DNA of 64,000 nt from Clostridiales bacterium (GTDB taxonomy: Bacteria; Bacillota; Clostridia; Christensenellales; UBA1242): the NCBI GenBank assembly GCA_015055535.1, contig SVIA01000003.1:16098-80097 (forward strand), given 5' to 3'. The notes under the pieces are model-generated. The model was given only the letters and a program-made list of their open reading frames with translations, made no database searches and was not told where the DNA came from. Each line of letters begins with the position of its first letter. The stretch's first letter is position 1. A program made the translations under genes and the position numbers. Shown here piece after piece: positions 39,546 to 47,947 of this stretch.

Positions 39546-39563
39546 TTTTTATTTAGGAGACGA

Positions 39564-40133
39564 ATGAAAGATAATAAAGAAAAATCCAAGAATAAAAAAA
39601 TAAAAATTGCTTGGTCTTATCCATTAAAGGTGCTTTTACTAACACTTGTAATGAGTTTTGTTTTAAATATTTCTAGTGAAGCGTTGCTTTCGAGTGTTGG
39701 TTTAATTTTATCTGTAATAATATTGTTAATATTTGTTACAATATCTATTGTTTTTGATATGATAGGGGTAGCGGTTACAGCTGGTAATATTGAACCGTTT
39801 TTGGCAAGAGCTTCTAAAAAAGAAAGAGGAGCTAAAGAAAGTATTAAACTAATTAAGAATGCGGAAAAAATCTCAAGCTTTTGTTGTGATATAGTTGGTG
39901 ATAGTTGTGGAATACTTACTGGAGCAATGGGAGCAAGTATTGCAATACAAATTTATTCTGCTACTGGAGATTTCATATCTATATTAGTGGCGGCCTTGGT
40001 CAGTAGCTTGGTTGCATCAATAACAGTTTTTGGAAAAGCTTTGTGTAAGGGAGTAGCTGTTAATAACTCTGATATTATAATTTTAAAAGTTGGAAAAATT
40101 TTAAGTTTTTTTCATTTTAAAAGAAAAAAATAA
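39564..40133 (+). CDS. Small polytopic membrane protein, OapA-like (OLE-associated protein) by position
   Basis: ATG 18 nt after the ncRNA 3' helix, RBS AGGAGA. 189 aa with a Lys-rich N-terminus and ~4 hydrophobic helices. DIVGD (D109-x3-D113) lies in a helix. Confidence 0.5.
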   Translation: MKDNKEKSKNKKIKIAWSYPLKVLLLTLVMSFVLNISSEALLSSVGLILSVIILLIFVTISIVFDMIGVAVTAGNIEPFLARASKKERGAKESIKLIKNAEKISSFCCDIVGDSCGILTGAMGASIAIQIYSATGDFISILVAALVSSLVASITVFGKALCKGVAVNNSDIIILKVGKILSFFHFKRKK

Positions 40134-40154
40134 TAAATTAATTTAAAAATTTTT

Positions 40155-40185
40155 AAGAGGAAAGTGATTTTTCCTCTTTTTTTTG
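40155..40185 (+). terminator. Rho-independent terminator ending the ncRNA/oapA-like unit
   Basis: AAGAGGAAA-GTGATT-TTTCCTCTT followed by TTTTTTT. Confidence 0.75.
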
Positions 40186-40342
40186 TAATTTTGTTAAAAA
40201 TTTTTTATTATTTTTATCACAACATATTGTGTTTTTATTGTTTTAACAACACAATATATTGTGCTTTGTATAAATATTCAACATCATTATACAAAAAATT
40301 GAATATTTATAAAAAAATTTTTGTATATTTATGCAAAATCGC

Positions 40343-40371
40343 TTGCATAAATATTTAAAGAGTTGTATAAT
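40343..40371 (+). promoter_or_regulatory. argR promoter
   Basis: TTGCAT (40343-48), 17 nt, TATAAT (40366-71). The -35 is embedded in inverted repeat TTTATGCAA (40328-36) / TTGCATAAA (40343-51). Confidence 0.5.
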
Positions 40372-40386
40372 TATTTCAAATGATTT

Positions 40387-40400
40387 TGAATAACTATTCA
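40387..40400 (+). promoter_or_regulatory. ARG box (ArgR/AhrC operator) downstream of the argR -10
   Basis: TGAATAACTATTCA is a perfect TGAAT-N4-ATTCA palindrome. A further pair AAATATTCAA (40272-81) / TTGAATATTT (40299-308) lies upstream. Confidence 0.55.
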
Positions 40401-40422
40401 ATCAATACAAAAGGAGAAAGAA

Positions 40423-40872
40423 ATGGCTCGTTCTTTAAGACAAAGTAAAATTTTAGAAATTATTGCAAATAAGGAAATTGAAACACAAGATGAACTTGTG
40501 CAAGCATTAAGAAATTTGAATTATGATGTAACTCAAGCTACAGTATCTAGAGATATTAAAGAACTTGGGCTTATCAAAATTTTATCTGATAGTAAGAAAT
40601 ATAAATATGCTTATGTGGAAACAAATGAACAACAAGTTAGTAATAAAATTGTAGGAATATATAAAGAAGTTGTAATAAGTGTAAAAACAGCTCAAAACTT
40701 AGTTGTTGTTAAAACATTAAAAGGTTTTGCTAGTAGCATTTCTCAATACATAGATAAAATGAATTTAGATAAAGTTATGGGAACTGTTTTTGGAGATGAT
40801 ACTGTTATGTGTATTACTGAAAATAATATGGATGCAGAAATTGTTTATGAAAAATTTATTAATTTAATTTAA
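40423..40872 (+). CDS. argR: Arginine repressor ArgR/AhrC
   Basis: RQSKILEII...ETQDELVQAL...VTQATVSRDIKELGL winged helix, C-terminal oligomerisation domain. Confidence 0.92.
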   Translation: MARSLRQSKILEIIANKEIETQDELVQALRNLNYDVTQATVSRDIKELGLIKILSDSKKYKYAYVETNEQQVSNKIVGIYKEVVISVKTAQNLVVVKTLKGFASSISQYIDKMNLDKVMGTVFGDDTVMCITENNMDAEIVYEKFINLI

Positions 40873-40876
40873 ATAT

Positions 40877-40902
40877 ATCAGAGCTATGCTCTGATTTTTT
40901 TT
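40877..40902 (+). terminator. Rho-independent terminator after argR
   Basis: ATCAGAGC-TAT-GCTCTGAT followed by TTTTTTTT. Confidence 0.7.
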
Positions 40903-40946
40903 ATTAATTAATTGCAAATTATATATAATTTTGTTAAAATAATATT

Positions 40947-42638
40947 ATGTTAAAAACTTTAAAAGTAAAAAATGTAGCGTTAATGGATGATGGACTTGTA
41001 GAGTTTTCTACTGGTTTAAATATTATAAGCGGTGAAACTGGTGCAGGTAAAAGTGTTTTGTTAGATGCGCTTTCTTTGGCTTTAGGTGCTAAGGCTGATA
41101 AAACACTAATTAAAAGTGGAGAAGATTTTTTAAAAGTAGAAGCTACTTTTGTTTTTGATAAATCATTAACAAAGCTTGAAAATTTTTTTAATGAGTTTGA
41201 TTTGGAATACGATAATACCATTATAATTAGCAGAAAAATTGGTATTGATAGCAAAAGTGAAACTAAGTTTAATGGTCAAATTGTGCCTATTAGTTATTTA
41301 AAAAAATTTGCAAGTATTATAGTAGATATTCATTCTCAAAATGAAAACATGCTTTTATTAGATAAAAATATGCAACTAGACTTAATTGATAATTCAATTG
41401 AAGTTCTTAATAAGGAGAATATAGAAAAATTCTATAGAGAATATAGAGAAATTGAAGAAAAAATTGAAGAATTAAATAAGGATGAAGATGTAAAGCAAAG
41501 AGAATTAGATTTATTAAATTATCAAATAAACGAAATAGAAAGCGCCAAAATTTATAAAGGCGAAGAAGAAGAATTAGAAGAAGAATTTAAATTATTAAAA
41601 AATAGCGAAAAAATTTCTAACAGTTTAAATGTTTTAAAAGATATTTTTGAAGATAATTCATTTAATTTATTAAGCGGAATTAAAAAGGTTCAATTTGAAC
41701 TTAGCAATTTAAATTCATATATAAATTGTGAAGACTTAATAAATAGAGTAGATTCATTAAATATAGAGATAAATGATGTTTATGATGAAATAAATAATAA
41801 ATTTGATATTGAATTTAATGAATTAAGATATAATGAAATTGATGAAAGATTAGATACTTATAAAAAGCTGCATAGAAAATATGGTATTAATTTTGAAGAA
41901 ATAAATCAGTTTTTGTTAGATTCAAAAGCTAAAAGAGATTATTTATTAAATTATGAGCAAACATTAATAGATTTAAATAAGGCAAAATCACAAATTTTAG
42001 ATAAGGCTTTTATAGAGTGTAAAAACCTTGACAAACAAAGACGAGATATTGCAAAAAGGCTTGAAAATTCTATACTTTTGGAACTAAAAGAATTGGCAAT
42101 GCCAAATGCTCAAATAAAATTTGAAATATCAGATTTTACTAAAGAAAATTTTGAAAAAAATTTTACTACAAGTGGAGCAAATGCTGTTAATTTATTGTTT
42201 TCGGCAAATTTGGGCGAAGAAGTAAAACCTTTAGACAAAATAGCCTCTGGTGGTGAAATTTCAAGATTAATGCTTGCTATTAAAACTATTATAAGTAACT
42301 TTGATGACACGCCAACAATGATATTTGATGAACTTGATACAGGTATTAGTGGAGAAGCTTCGGTTTCTACATCTAAAAAACTTGCTAAAATTTCTAAAAC
42401 ACATCAAATTATTGCCATTTCTCACTTATTTCAAATTTGCAGTATGGCAGATAGAAATATTTTAGTTAAGAAAATTGAACAGAATGGTAAAACAAATTCT
42501 ATTGTAAAAATTTTAAAACCAGAAGAAACTGTTGTTGAATTGTGTAGATTTTTAATGGTTGATAATTTAACAGAAGCCACAATAAAGCATGCTGAAGAAG
42601 TAAAAGCGTATTGTGAAAATTATAAAAAAACCATTTAA
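40947..42638 (+). CDS. recN: DNA repair protein RecN
   Basis: SMC-like protein: Walker A GETGAGKS, coiled coil, signature ASGGEISR, Walker B MIFDELD. Confidence 0.93.
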   Translation: MLKTLKVKNVALMDDGLVEFSTGLNIISGETGAGKSVLLDALSLALGAKADKTLIKSGEDFLKVEATFVFDKSLTKLENFFNEFDLEYDNTIIISRKIGIDSKSETKFNGQIVPISYLKKFASIIVDIHSQNENMLLLDKNMQLDLIDNSIEVLNKENIEKFYREYREIEEKIEELNKDEDVKQRELDLLNYQINEIESAKIYKGEEEELEEEFKLLKNSEKISNSLNVLKDIFEDNSFNLLSGIKKVQFELSNLNSYINCEDLINRVDSLNIEINDVYDEINNKFDIEFNELRYNEIDERLDTYKKLHRKYGINFEEINQFLLDSKAKRDYLLNYEQTLIDLNKAKSQILDKAFIECKNLDKQRRDIAKRLENSILLELKELAMPNAQIKFEISDFTKENFEKNFTTSGANAVNLLFSANLGEEVKPLDKIASGGEISRLMLAIKTIISNFDDTPTMIFDELDTGISGEASVSTSKKLAKISKTHQIIAISHLFQICSMADRNILVKKIEQNGKTNSIVKILKPEETVVELCRFLMVDNLTEATIKHAEEVKAYCENYKKTI

Positions 42639-42721
42639 CAAAAATTGTTAAAATTTTAAAGATAGAATAATATTAAAAAAATTATTTAAACTACTTTCAT
42701 GCTTTTGAAAGGAGTTTTTTA

Positions 42722-43951
42722 ATGTCTATTTTCAAGAATAAAAAAATAATAATAGCATTAATTTTTATATTTTTACTTTCTTTTTATTTAAATAATTTAA
42801 ATTTTACTAGTTTAGATATTAATAATATAACATATGCTAACATTGATGATATAAATTATGCTATAAAAAATAAAACTTTTGGTAATTTTTATAGTTTAAA
42901 AATTAATAATGAAAATCTATATGCAAATAGCAATAAAAATAATAATATTATAAAAGTTGATTTAAAACTATTAAATCTTATTACTGTTAAAAGTTTTTAT
43001 ATTAATACTAATGAAGAGTATATATATGCTGGTGGAAATGCTGTGGGAATATATTTAAACACAAAAGGCGTTGTGCTTATGGGTTCAAATAGTATTATTA
43101 CAAAAGATGGACTTGTGAATACTTTGCAAAATAGTGAACTTCAAGTGGGTGATATTTTATTAAAAGTAAATGATGAATATATTTATGATATTAATGATAT
43201 TACAAACATAATAAATAAAGAAGAAAATCTTGGTAAACCAGCTAAAATTGTGTATGTAAGAAAAAATAAAGAATATGAAACACAAATTATGCCGGCAAAA
43301 GATGTACAAAGTGGAGAATATAAACTGGGAATTTGGGTTAAAAATGATGCAAGTGGTGTTGGTACTTTAACGTATATTACAGAAGATGGAAAATTTGGAG
43401 CGTTAGGACATTCAATAAATGTAAATAAAACAAAAGAACCTTATTCAATATCGGGTGGTAAATTGTACAATTGTAATATAATTGGTGTAAACAAAGGTTC
43501 AAAAGGAAAAGCTGGGGAATTAAAAGGACTATTTTTACATGGAAGAAATGCTCAGGGACAGATAGATAAAAATATAAATACTGGAATTTATGGCGAAATT
43601 TATGATGCTTCAAATTTAAAGGAAAGTGCTTTAAAAAGAAAATATTTAATAGGGGGAAGATTTACAGCAAGACCTGGAAAAGCTAAAATTTTAAGTTGCG
43701 TTAATGGCAGTGAAATTAAAGAATATGAAATAGAAATAATAAAAACCAATTATCAAAACACTTCAAGGGAAAAAAGTATGGTAATAAAAATTACTGATAA
43801 AGAATTATTGGAAAAAACTGGTGGAATAGTTCAAGGAATGAGTGGAAGTCCAATAATTCAAAACGGAAAATTGATAGGAGCAGTAACACATGTTTTTTTA
43901 AATGATAGTACAAAAGGGTTTGGATTATATCTAGATTGGATGATAAATTAA
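42722..43951 (+). CDS. spoIVB: SpoIVB signalling serine peptidase (S55)
   Basis: N-terminal TM, PDZ segment (VGDILLKVND), catalytic region GALGH...GIVQGMSGSPII. Confidence 0.88.
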   Translation: MSIFKNKKIIIALIFIFLLSFYLNNLNFTSLDINNITYANIDDINYAIKNKTFGNFYSLKINNENLYANSNKNNNIIKVDLKLLNLITVKSFYINTNEEYIYAGGNAVGIYLNTKGVVLMGSNSIITKDGLVNTLQNSELQVGDILLKVNDEYIYDINDITNIINKEENLGKPAKIVYVRKNKEYETQIMPAKDVQSGEYKLGIWVKNDASGVGTLTYITEDGKFGALGHSINVNKTKEPYSISGGKLYNCNIIGVNKGSKGKAGELKGLFLHGRNAQGQIDKNINTGIYGEIYDASNLKESALKRKYLIGGRFTARPGKAKILSCVNGSEIKEYEIEIIKTNYQNTSREKSMVIKITDKELLEKTGGIVQGMSGSPIIQNGKLIGAVTHVFLNDSTKGFGLYLDWMIN

Positions 43952-43988
43952 GTTTTTGTAAAAAATTGTTAATATTATTACAAAAACC

Positions 43989-44017
43989 TTGCATTTTTTA
44001 AAATAAACAGCTATAAT
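43989..44017 (+). promoter_or_regulatory. Sigma-A-type promoter upstream of the spo0A-like gene
   Basis: TTGCAT (43989-94), 17 nt, TATAAT (44012-17). Preceded by a 10-bp inverted repeat GTTTTTGTAA / TTACAAAAAC (43952-87). Confidence 0.5.
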
Positions 44018-44049
44018 ATATAAGATTGCTTACAAAAGAAGGGGAAAAT

Positions 44050-44763
44050 ATGGCAAAATATAATTTATCAGCAATACTTTTTTCAAGAAATACTTATGAT
44101 TATTTATTATCAATAAGACAAATGTGTATGAAAAATCAAATAAATTTAATTTACGAAAGGGATTTTTATAGTTTTTTACGTAAAGCAAATAAAATTTTGC
44201 CAAACTATATAATTATAGATTCTAGTACAGTTAATGTTTCTAAATTTCCATTTGATTCATTAAAAAATGAAATTTTTAAAGATAGAATAAAGATAATGAT
44301 ATTAAGTGACAATTTTATATGTACTAATAAATATATTAAAATTTTATCTCTTCAAGAGTTGGAAAGTTGTTTTGCTAACAATATTTATAAAGATGTTGAT
44401 GTTGAGCCTAATATTTTTCAAGTTGATTTTGGTAATAAAATAAATAATTTGTTATTAAAGCTGGGATTTTCCCCAAATTTAAAAGGAAAAGATTATTTAA
44501 AGTTTTGTATAAATTTAATTATTAATGATGGTGTGCATTTTAGATGTTTATCTAAAGATTGTTATCCTATTTTAGCTTTGAATTATCATACAGAAATAAG
44601 TAATATAGAAAGAGATATAAGAAATGCTATAAAAACCTCATTTATAAAAAACAATATAAAGGTTTGGTGTGAAATTTTAAACTGTAATTTAGATAAAATA
44701 CCATCAAATAAACAATTTATATATCTTTGTGTAGATAAAATAAAACAAGATTATATAAATTAA
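44050..44763 (+). CDS. spo0A: Spo0A homologue with a conserved Spo0A_C DNA-binding domain and a divergent receiver domain
   Basis: The C-terminal half aligns by eye to B. subtilis Spo0A (LGFSPNLKGKDYLKFCI / GVPAHIKGYLYLREAI; ISNIERDIRNAIKTSF / ASRVERAIRHAIEVAW; PSNKQFIYLCVDKI / PTNSEFIAMVADKL). Follows spoIVB as in Bacilli and Clostridia. ATG 44050 after GAAGGGGA. Confidence 0.7.
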   Translation: MAKYNLSAILFSRNTYDYLLSIRQMCMKNQINLIYERDFYSFLRKANKILPNYIIIDSSTVNVSKFPFDSLKNEIFKDRIKIMILSDNFICTNKYIKILSLQELESCFANNIYKDVDVEPNIFQVDFGNKINNLLLKLGFSPNLKGKDYLKFCINLIINDGVHFRCLSKDCYPILALNYHTEISNIERDIRNAIKTSFIKNNIKVWCEILNCNLDKIPSNKQFIYLCVDKIKQDYIN

Positions 44764-44784
44764 ATTTTATGAATATATTATAAT

Positions 44785-45393
44785 ATGCCGACATTTTTAA
44801 ATGAAATGAAAAGAAAAATTATTAATTGTTTTTCTAAAAATAAAGTTTATTTAATTTTTTTGTTGTCGGCTTTTTTTATTGGTTTTTTTATAGGAATAAT
44901 AGTTTTAATTAAATATCGTAGTGTAATAATTATAGATAATTTAACAGATAGTTGTTTGTGTGAATATTTAAAGGAAAAAATAAGTCTATTAACATTTATT
45001 TTTAAAAGATTTTTTACTATAGTTTTGATTTTATTAGTTATATTGTTTATTAGTTTTAACAAATATTCTTGCTATTTAAATGCTTTAATTTTTATTTATT
45101 TTGGTTATATATTGGCTTTTAATACTGGTGTTATAATTATTTGTTTTGGCTTTTTTGGAATAATTTATTCTATAATTTCTATTTTGTTTTTAGGACTTGT
45201 TTATTCGTTAATACTTTTAATGGCTATGATGATTTGCCGAGATATCTGTGTATGTGAATTTAATTATTTTATAAAGCTAAAGGAAAACTGTTTATTTTTT
45301 ATTGCTTTAATAGTTTTATTGTTATTTGCTTGTATTTTAGAAATTATATTATTACCATTTTTAACATCAACTTTTTTAATAAATTATTTTTAA
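44785..45393 (+). CDS. Polytopic membrane protein of unknown function (possibly SpoIIM-like by size, topology and neighbourhood)
   Basis: 202 aa, ~5 hydrophobic helices. No diagnostic motif recognised. Confidence 0.3.
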   Translation: MPTFLNEMKRKIINCFSKNKVYLIFLLSAFFIGFFIGIIVLIKYRSVIIIDNLTDSCLCEYLKEKISLLTFIFKRFFTIVLILLVILFISFNKYSCYLNALIFIYFGYILAFNTGVIIICFGFFGIIYSIISILFLGLVYSLILLMAMMICRDICVCEFNYFIKLKENCLFFIALIVLLLFACILEIILLPFLTSTFLINYF

Positions 45394-45447
45394 ATATATG
45401 TTGAATAATTTTTATTTATTATCAAAAAATAAACCTAGAGGTAAATT

Positions 45448-46608
45448 ATGAAAAAGAAGTTTATTTGTACATTATTAATTATAACTAGTTTATTTTTGAT
45501 TATCTTTCAAACAAAACCGGTAGTTTTTGCAAGTGATTTAAATTTGGATTGTAAAGCTTATTTGCTAATGGATTATAATTCAAACAAAATTATATTAAAA
45601 AATAATGAAGAAGAGCATTTAGAGGTTGCTAGCATGGTTAAGCTTATGACTAGTTTGATTACTATAGAAAAAATTGAGTCAGGAGAGCTATCGTTAGATC
45701 AAAAAGTTTTTGTAAGTGAATATGCTGCAAGTCAAGAGGGCTCACAAGCTTTTTTGGATGCAAATAAAGAATATGCTATAAAAGATTTATTAAAAAGTGT
45801 AATTATTGCTTCAGCTAATGATTCTTCTGTGGCTTTGGCTGAAACAATTAGCGGAACTGAGGAAAATTTTGTTAAATTAATGAATGAAAAAGCTAAAATG
45901 CTTGATCTTAAAAATACAAAATATGCAAATTCTACAGGACTTCCAAGTGATAATGAACAATATTCTTGTGCTAAAGATATTGCCAAACTTTTAAGCGAAG
46001 AAATCAAACATGATTTATATTTTAAATATTCAAAAATTTGGATTGATGAAATAATTCATGAAAGCGGTAGAAGAACAGAACTTGTAAATACAAATATATT
46101 AACAAGACAATATCAAGGTTGTGATATTGGTAAAACTGGATTTACAGATGAAGCTGGATATTGCTTGAGTGCTTCAAGTTTTAAAAATAATATGAGATTG
46201 GTGTCAGTGGTTATTGGTGCAAAAACGGCAAAAGAAAGATTTACATTAACTACAAGTTTATTAAATTATGGCTATACAAATTATGAAAATAAACAAATTT
46301 TAAGTAAAAATGATAAAATTGATGCATTAATAAATATCAAAGGATCTAAAAACAGAAATTTAAAATTTGAATATGAAAATGATTTTTATCTTTTAAATAA
46401 AAAAGGCGATAATTTTGATTGTGATACTAAAATTGAATTAAATAAAAAGTTAAAAGCGCCAATAAAAGCTAGAGAAATAATAGGAAAATGCTATATAATT
46501 AAAGAAGGAAATGTAGTTGGAGAAGTGAATATTGTGGCTAGCGAAAATATAGAAAAACAAACTTTTAAAGATGGTTTTAAAAAGATATTAGAAAATTTTA
46601 ATATTTAA
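45448..46608 (+). CDS. D-alanyl-D-alanine carboxypeptidase (PBP5 family, DacB/DacF-like)
   Basis: Signal peptide, SxxK (ASMVKLM), SxN (SANDS), KTG (GKTGFT). Confidence 0.88.
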   Translation: MKKKFICTLLIITSLFLIIFQTKPVVFASDLNLDCKAYLLMDYNSNKIILKNNEEEHLEVASMVKLMTSLITIEKIESGELSLDQKVFVSEYAASQEGSQAFLDANKEYAIKDLLKSVIIASANDSSVALAETISGTEENFVKLMNEKAKMLDLKNTKYANSTGLPSDNEQYSCAKDIAKLLSEEIKHDLYFKYSKIWIDEIIHESGRRTELVNTNILTRQYQGCDIGKTGFTDEAGYCLSASSFKNNMRLVSVVIGAKTAKERFTLTTSLLNYGYTNYENKQILSKNDKIDALINIKGSKNRNLKFEYENDFYLLNKKGDNFDCDTKIELNKKLKAPIKAREIIGKCYIIKEGNVVGEVNIVASENIEKQTFKDGFKKILENFNI

Positions 46609-46650
46609 TTTTATATATATTATAATAAAATGTGATTATTAAATTATAAC

Positions 46651-46678
46651 AAAAAAAGCGTTAATAAAACGCTTTTTT
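46651..46678. terminator. Bidirectional terminator between the convergent dac and recombinase genes
   Basis: AAAAAGCGTT-AATAA-AACGCTTTTT, with an A-run and a T-run on either side. Confidence 0.7.
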
Positions 46679-46686
46679 GTTTGTGA

Positions 46687-47739
46687 TTAATCATCATCTT
46701 TTCTTAATTTTACTCCAGTCAATGCATTTCTTCTTGTGTTTTCACTGGTTGCTGCGTAATGTTTTTTGGTTGTATTTACATCTTTATGACCTAAAACTTC
46801 TGCTACAACATAAATATCTTTTGTTTCGTTGTATAAATTTGTACCAAAAGTAGATCGAAGTTTGTGTGGTGTAATTTTCTTTAAAGGTGTTATTATTTTG
46901 GCATATTTTTTTACCAAATTTTCTACACTTCTAACATTAATTCTTTTATTTTGAAGGGAAGTAAAGAAAGGATCATCTTCTTCTAATTCTTTATTTTTTT
47001 CTTTTTTAAAATTTAAATATTTAATAAGAGCGTCTTTAACTTCTTCTGAATAGAAAAGAATCATTCGATTTCCACCTTTTCTTGTGACTACAAAGCTATT
47101 ATCTTCAAAATTAAAGTCATTTATATTTAATCCTACAAGTTCGCTTATACGAATACCTGTTCCTAAAAAAAGACTTAGCATTGCAAAATCACGTTCTTTT
47201 GTTTTTTCAAAAAAAGCTCGTTGATTTTTTGTAAAACCTTCGCCAGTTTCGGCTAAATTTAAAATGTTTACTACTTCATTTATATCTAATCTTATTATTT
47301 CTTTCTCATTAATTTTGGGAATATCAACTTTTGTTGAAACATTTTCTAAAATCCTATCTTTTTTATATAAATAAGCAAAGAAAGTTCTTAAACTAGATAG
47401 TTTTCTTGCTTTTGTTTTGTTTGTGTTAGAATGAGATTGATTATTATCGTCTACATAATAAGTTAAATAATCTAAATATAGCTCTAAATGAGTTGCTGTT
47501 AATTTGTTTAAGTCGGCAAGTGTTAATTCTTTTATTTTTTTATTGTTAAATTCATAAATTTCTTTAACTAAAAAAGAAAAGAATACCTTTAAATCTCTAG
47601 CGTAATTAACTTTTGTTAACATACTTGTTTTACTATCAATTCCAAGAAAAAATTCTTCACAAAAAAAAGGAAGTTCGCTTTTAATTTTTTTTAAAAGGAC
47701 GGCATTTTTATTATTTCTATCTGTAAAATAATTACTCAT
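46687..47739 (-). CDS. Tyrosine site-specific recombinase (Xer/phage-integrase family), 350 aa
   Basis: SAM-like N-domain (TKVNYARDLKVFFSFL). Catalytic residues ...GTGIRISEL..., HKLRSTFGT, LGHKDVNTTKKHY. No Shine-Dalgarno before the ATG. Extended -10 (rc TGATATAAT, 47746-54) is placed so the transcript would be leaderless. Confidence 0.85.
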   Translation of the reverse strand: MSNYFTDRNNKNAVLLKKIKSELPFFCEEFFLGIDSKTSMLTKVNYARDLKVFFSFLVKEIYEFNNKKIKELTLADLNKLTATHLELYLDYLTYYVDDNNQSHSNTNKTKARKLSSLRTFFAYLYKKDRILENVSTKVDIPKINEKEIIRLDINEVVNILNLAETGEGFTKNQRAFFEKTKERDFAMLSLFLGTGIRISELVGLNINDFNFEDNSFVVTRKGGNRMILFYSEEVKDALIKYLNFKKEKNKELEEDDPFFTSLQNKRINVRSVENLVKKYAKIITPLKKITPHKLRSTFGTNLYNETKDIYVVAEVLGHKDVNTTKKHYAATSENTRRNALTGVKLRKDDD

Positions 47740-47798
47740 AATGTAATTATATCATTATTTTAAATAAAAGTAAAATAAAAAACAAAAAATTTAACTAT

Positions 47799-47826
47799 TG
47801 CACAGTACTATGCATAGTACTATGCA
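47799..47826. repeat. 28-bp palindrome copy 2 (TGCACAGTACTATGCATAGTACTATGCA; one T>C change from copy 1)
   Basis: Read directly. Lies 60 bp upstream of the recombinase ATG and ~120 bp upstream of serS, between their divergent promoters. Confidence 0.95.
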
Positions 47827-47947
47827 AACAAAAATTGTTTAACTTTCAAAATAAAATATATAAAAAAGTCATAATCATTTGACAAAATTGTTTATAAATT
47901 TTACTATATATACAAATACTAAATAAATAATTGTGGGAGAAAGATAA

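Noticed and set aside
40164-40358. 64-aa ORF from the track (MIFPLFFVILLKIFYYFYH...)
   Set aside because: It starts with GTG inside the terminator hairpin of the upstream gene and has no RBS. Its sequence is low-complexity and AT-driven. It exactly covers the argR promoter and ARG-box repeats, so it is a regulatory region and not a gene.
33354-47826. Two near-identical 28-bp sites with a tyrosine recombinase just inside one end, which looks like the attL-cargo-int-attR layout of a genomic island or an invertible segment
   Set aside because: The 14.4-kb content (spoIIIAC-AH, asp23, nusB, xseAB, argR, recN, spoIVB, spo0A) is core and in the same order and orientation as in B. subtilis, so it is not mobile cargo and has not been inverted in this assembly. 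Occasional recombination between the sites is still worth testing in reads.
47740-47947. Expected T-box leader upstream of serS
   Set aside because: The intergenic region is only ~208 bp. It contains a promoter ~60 bp before the ATG and no T-box sequence or terminator/antiterminator pair, so there is no T-box here.
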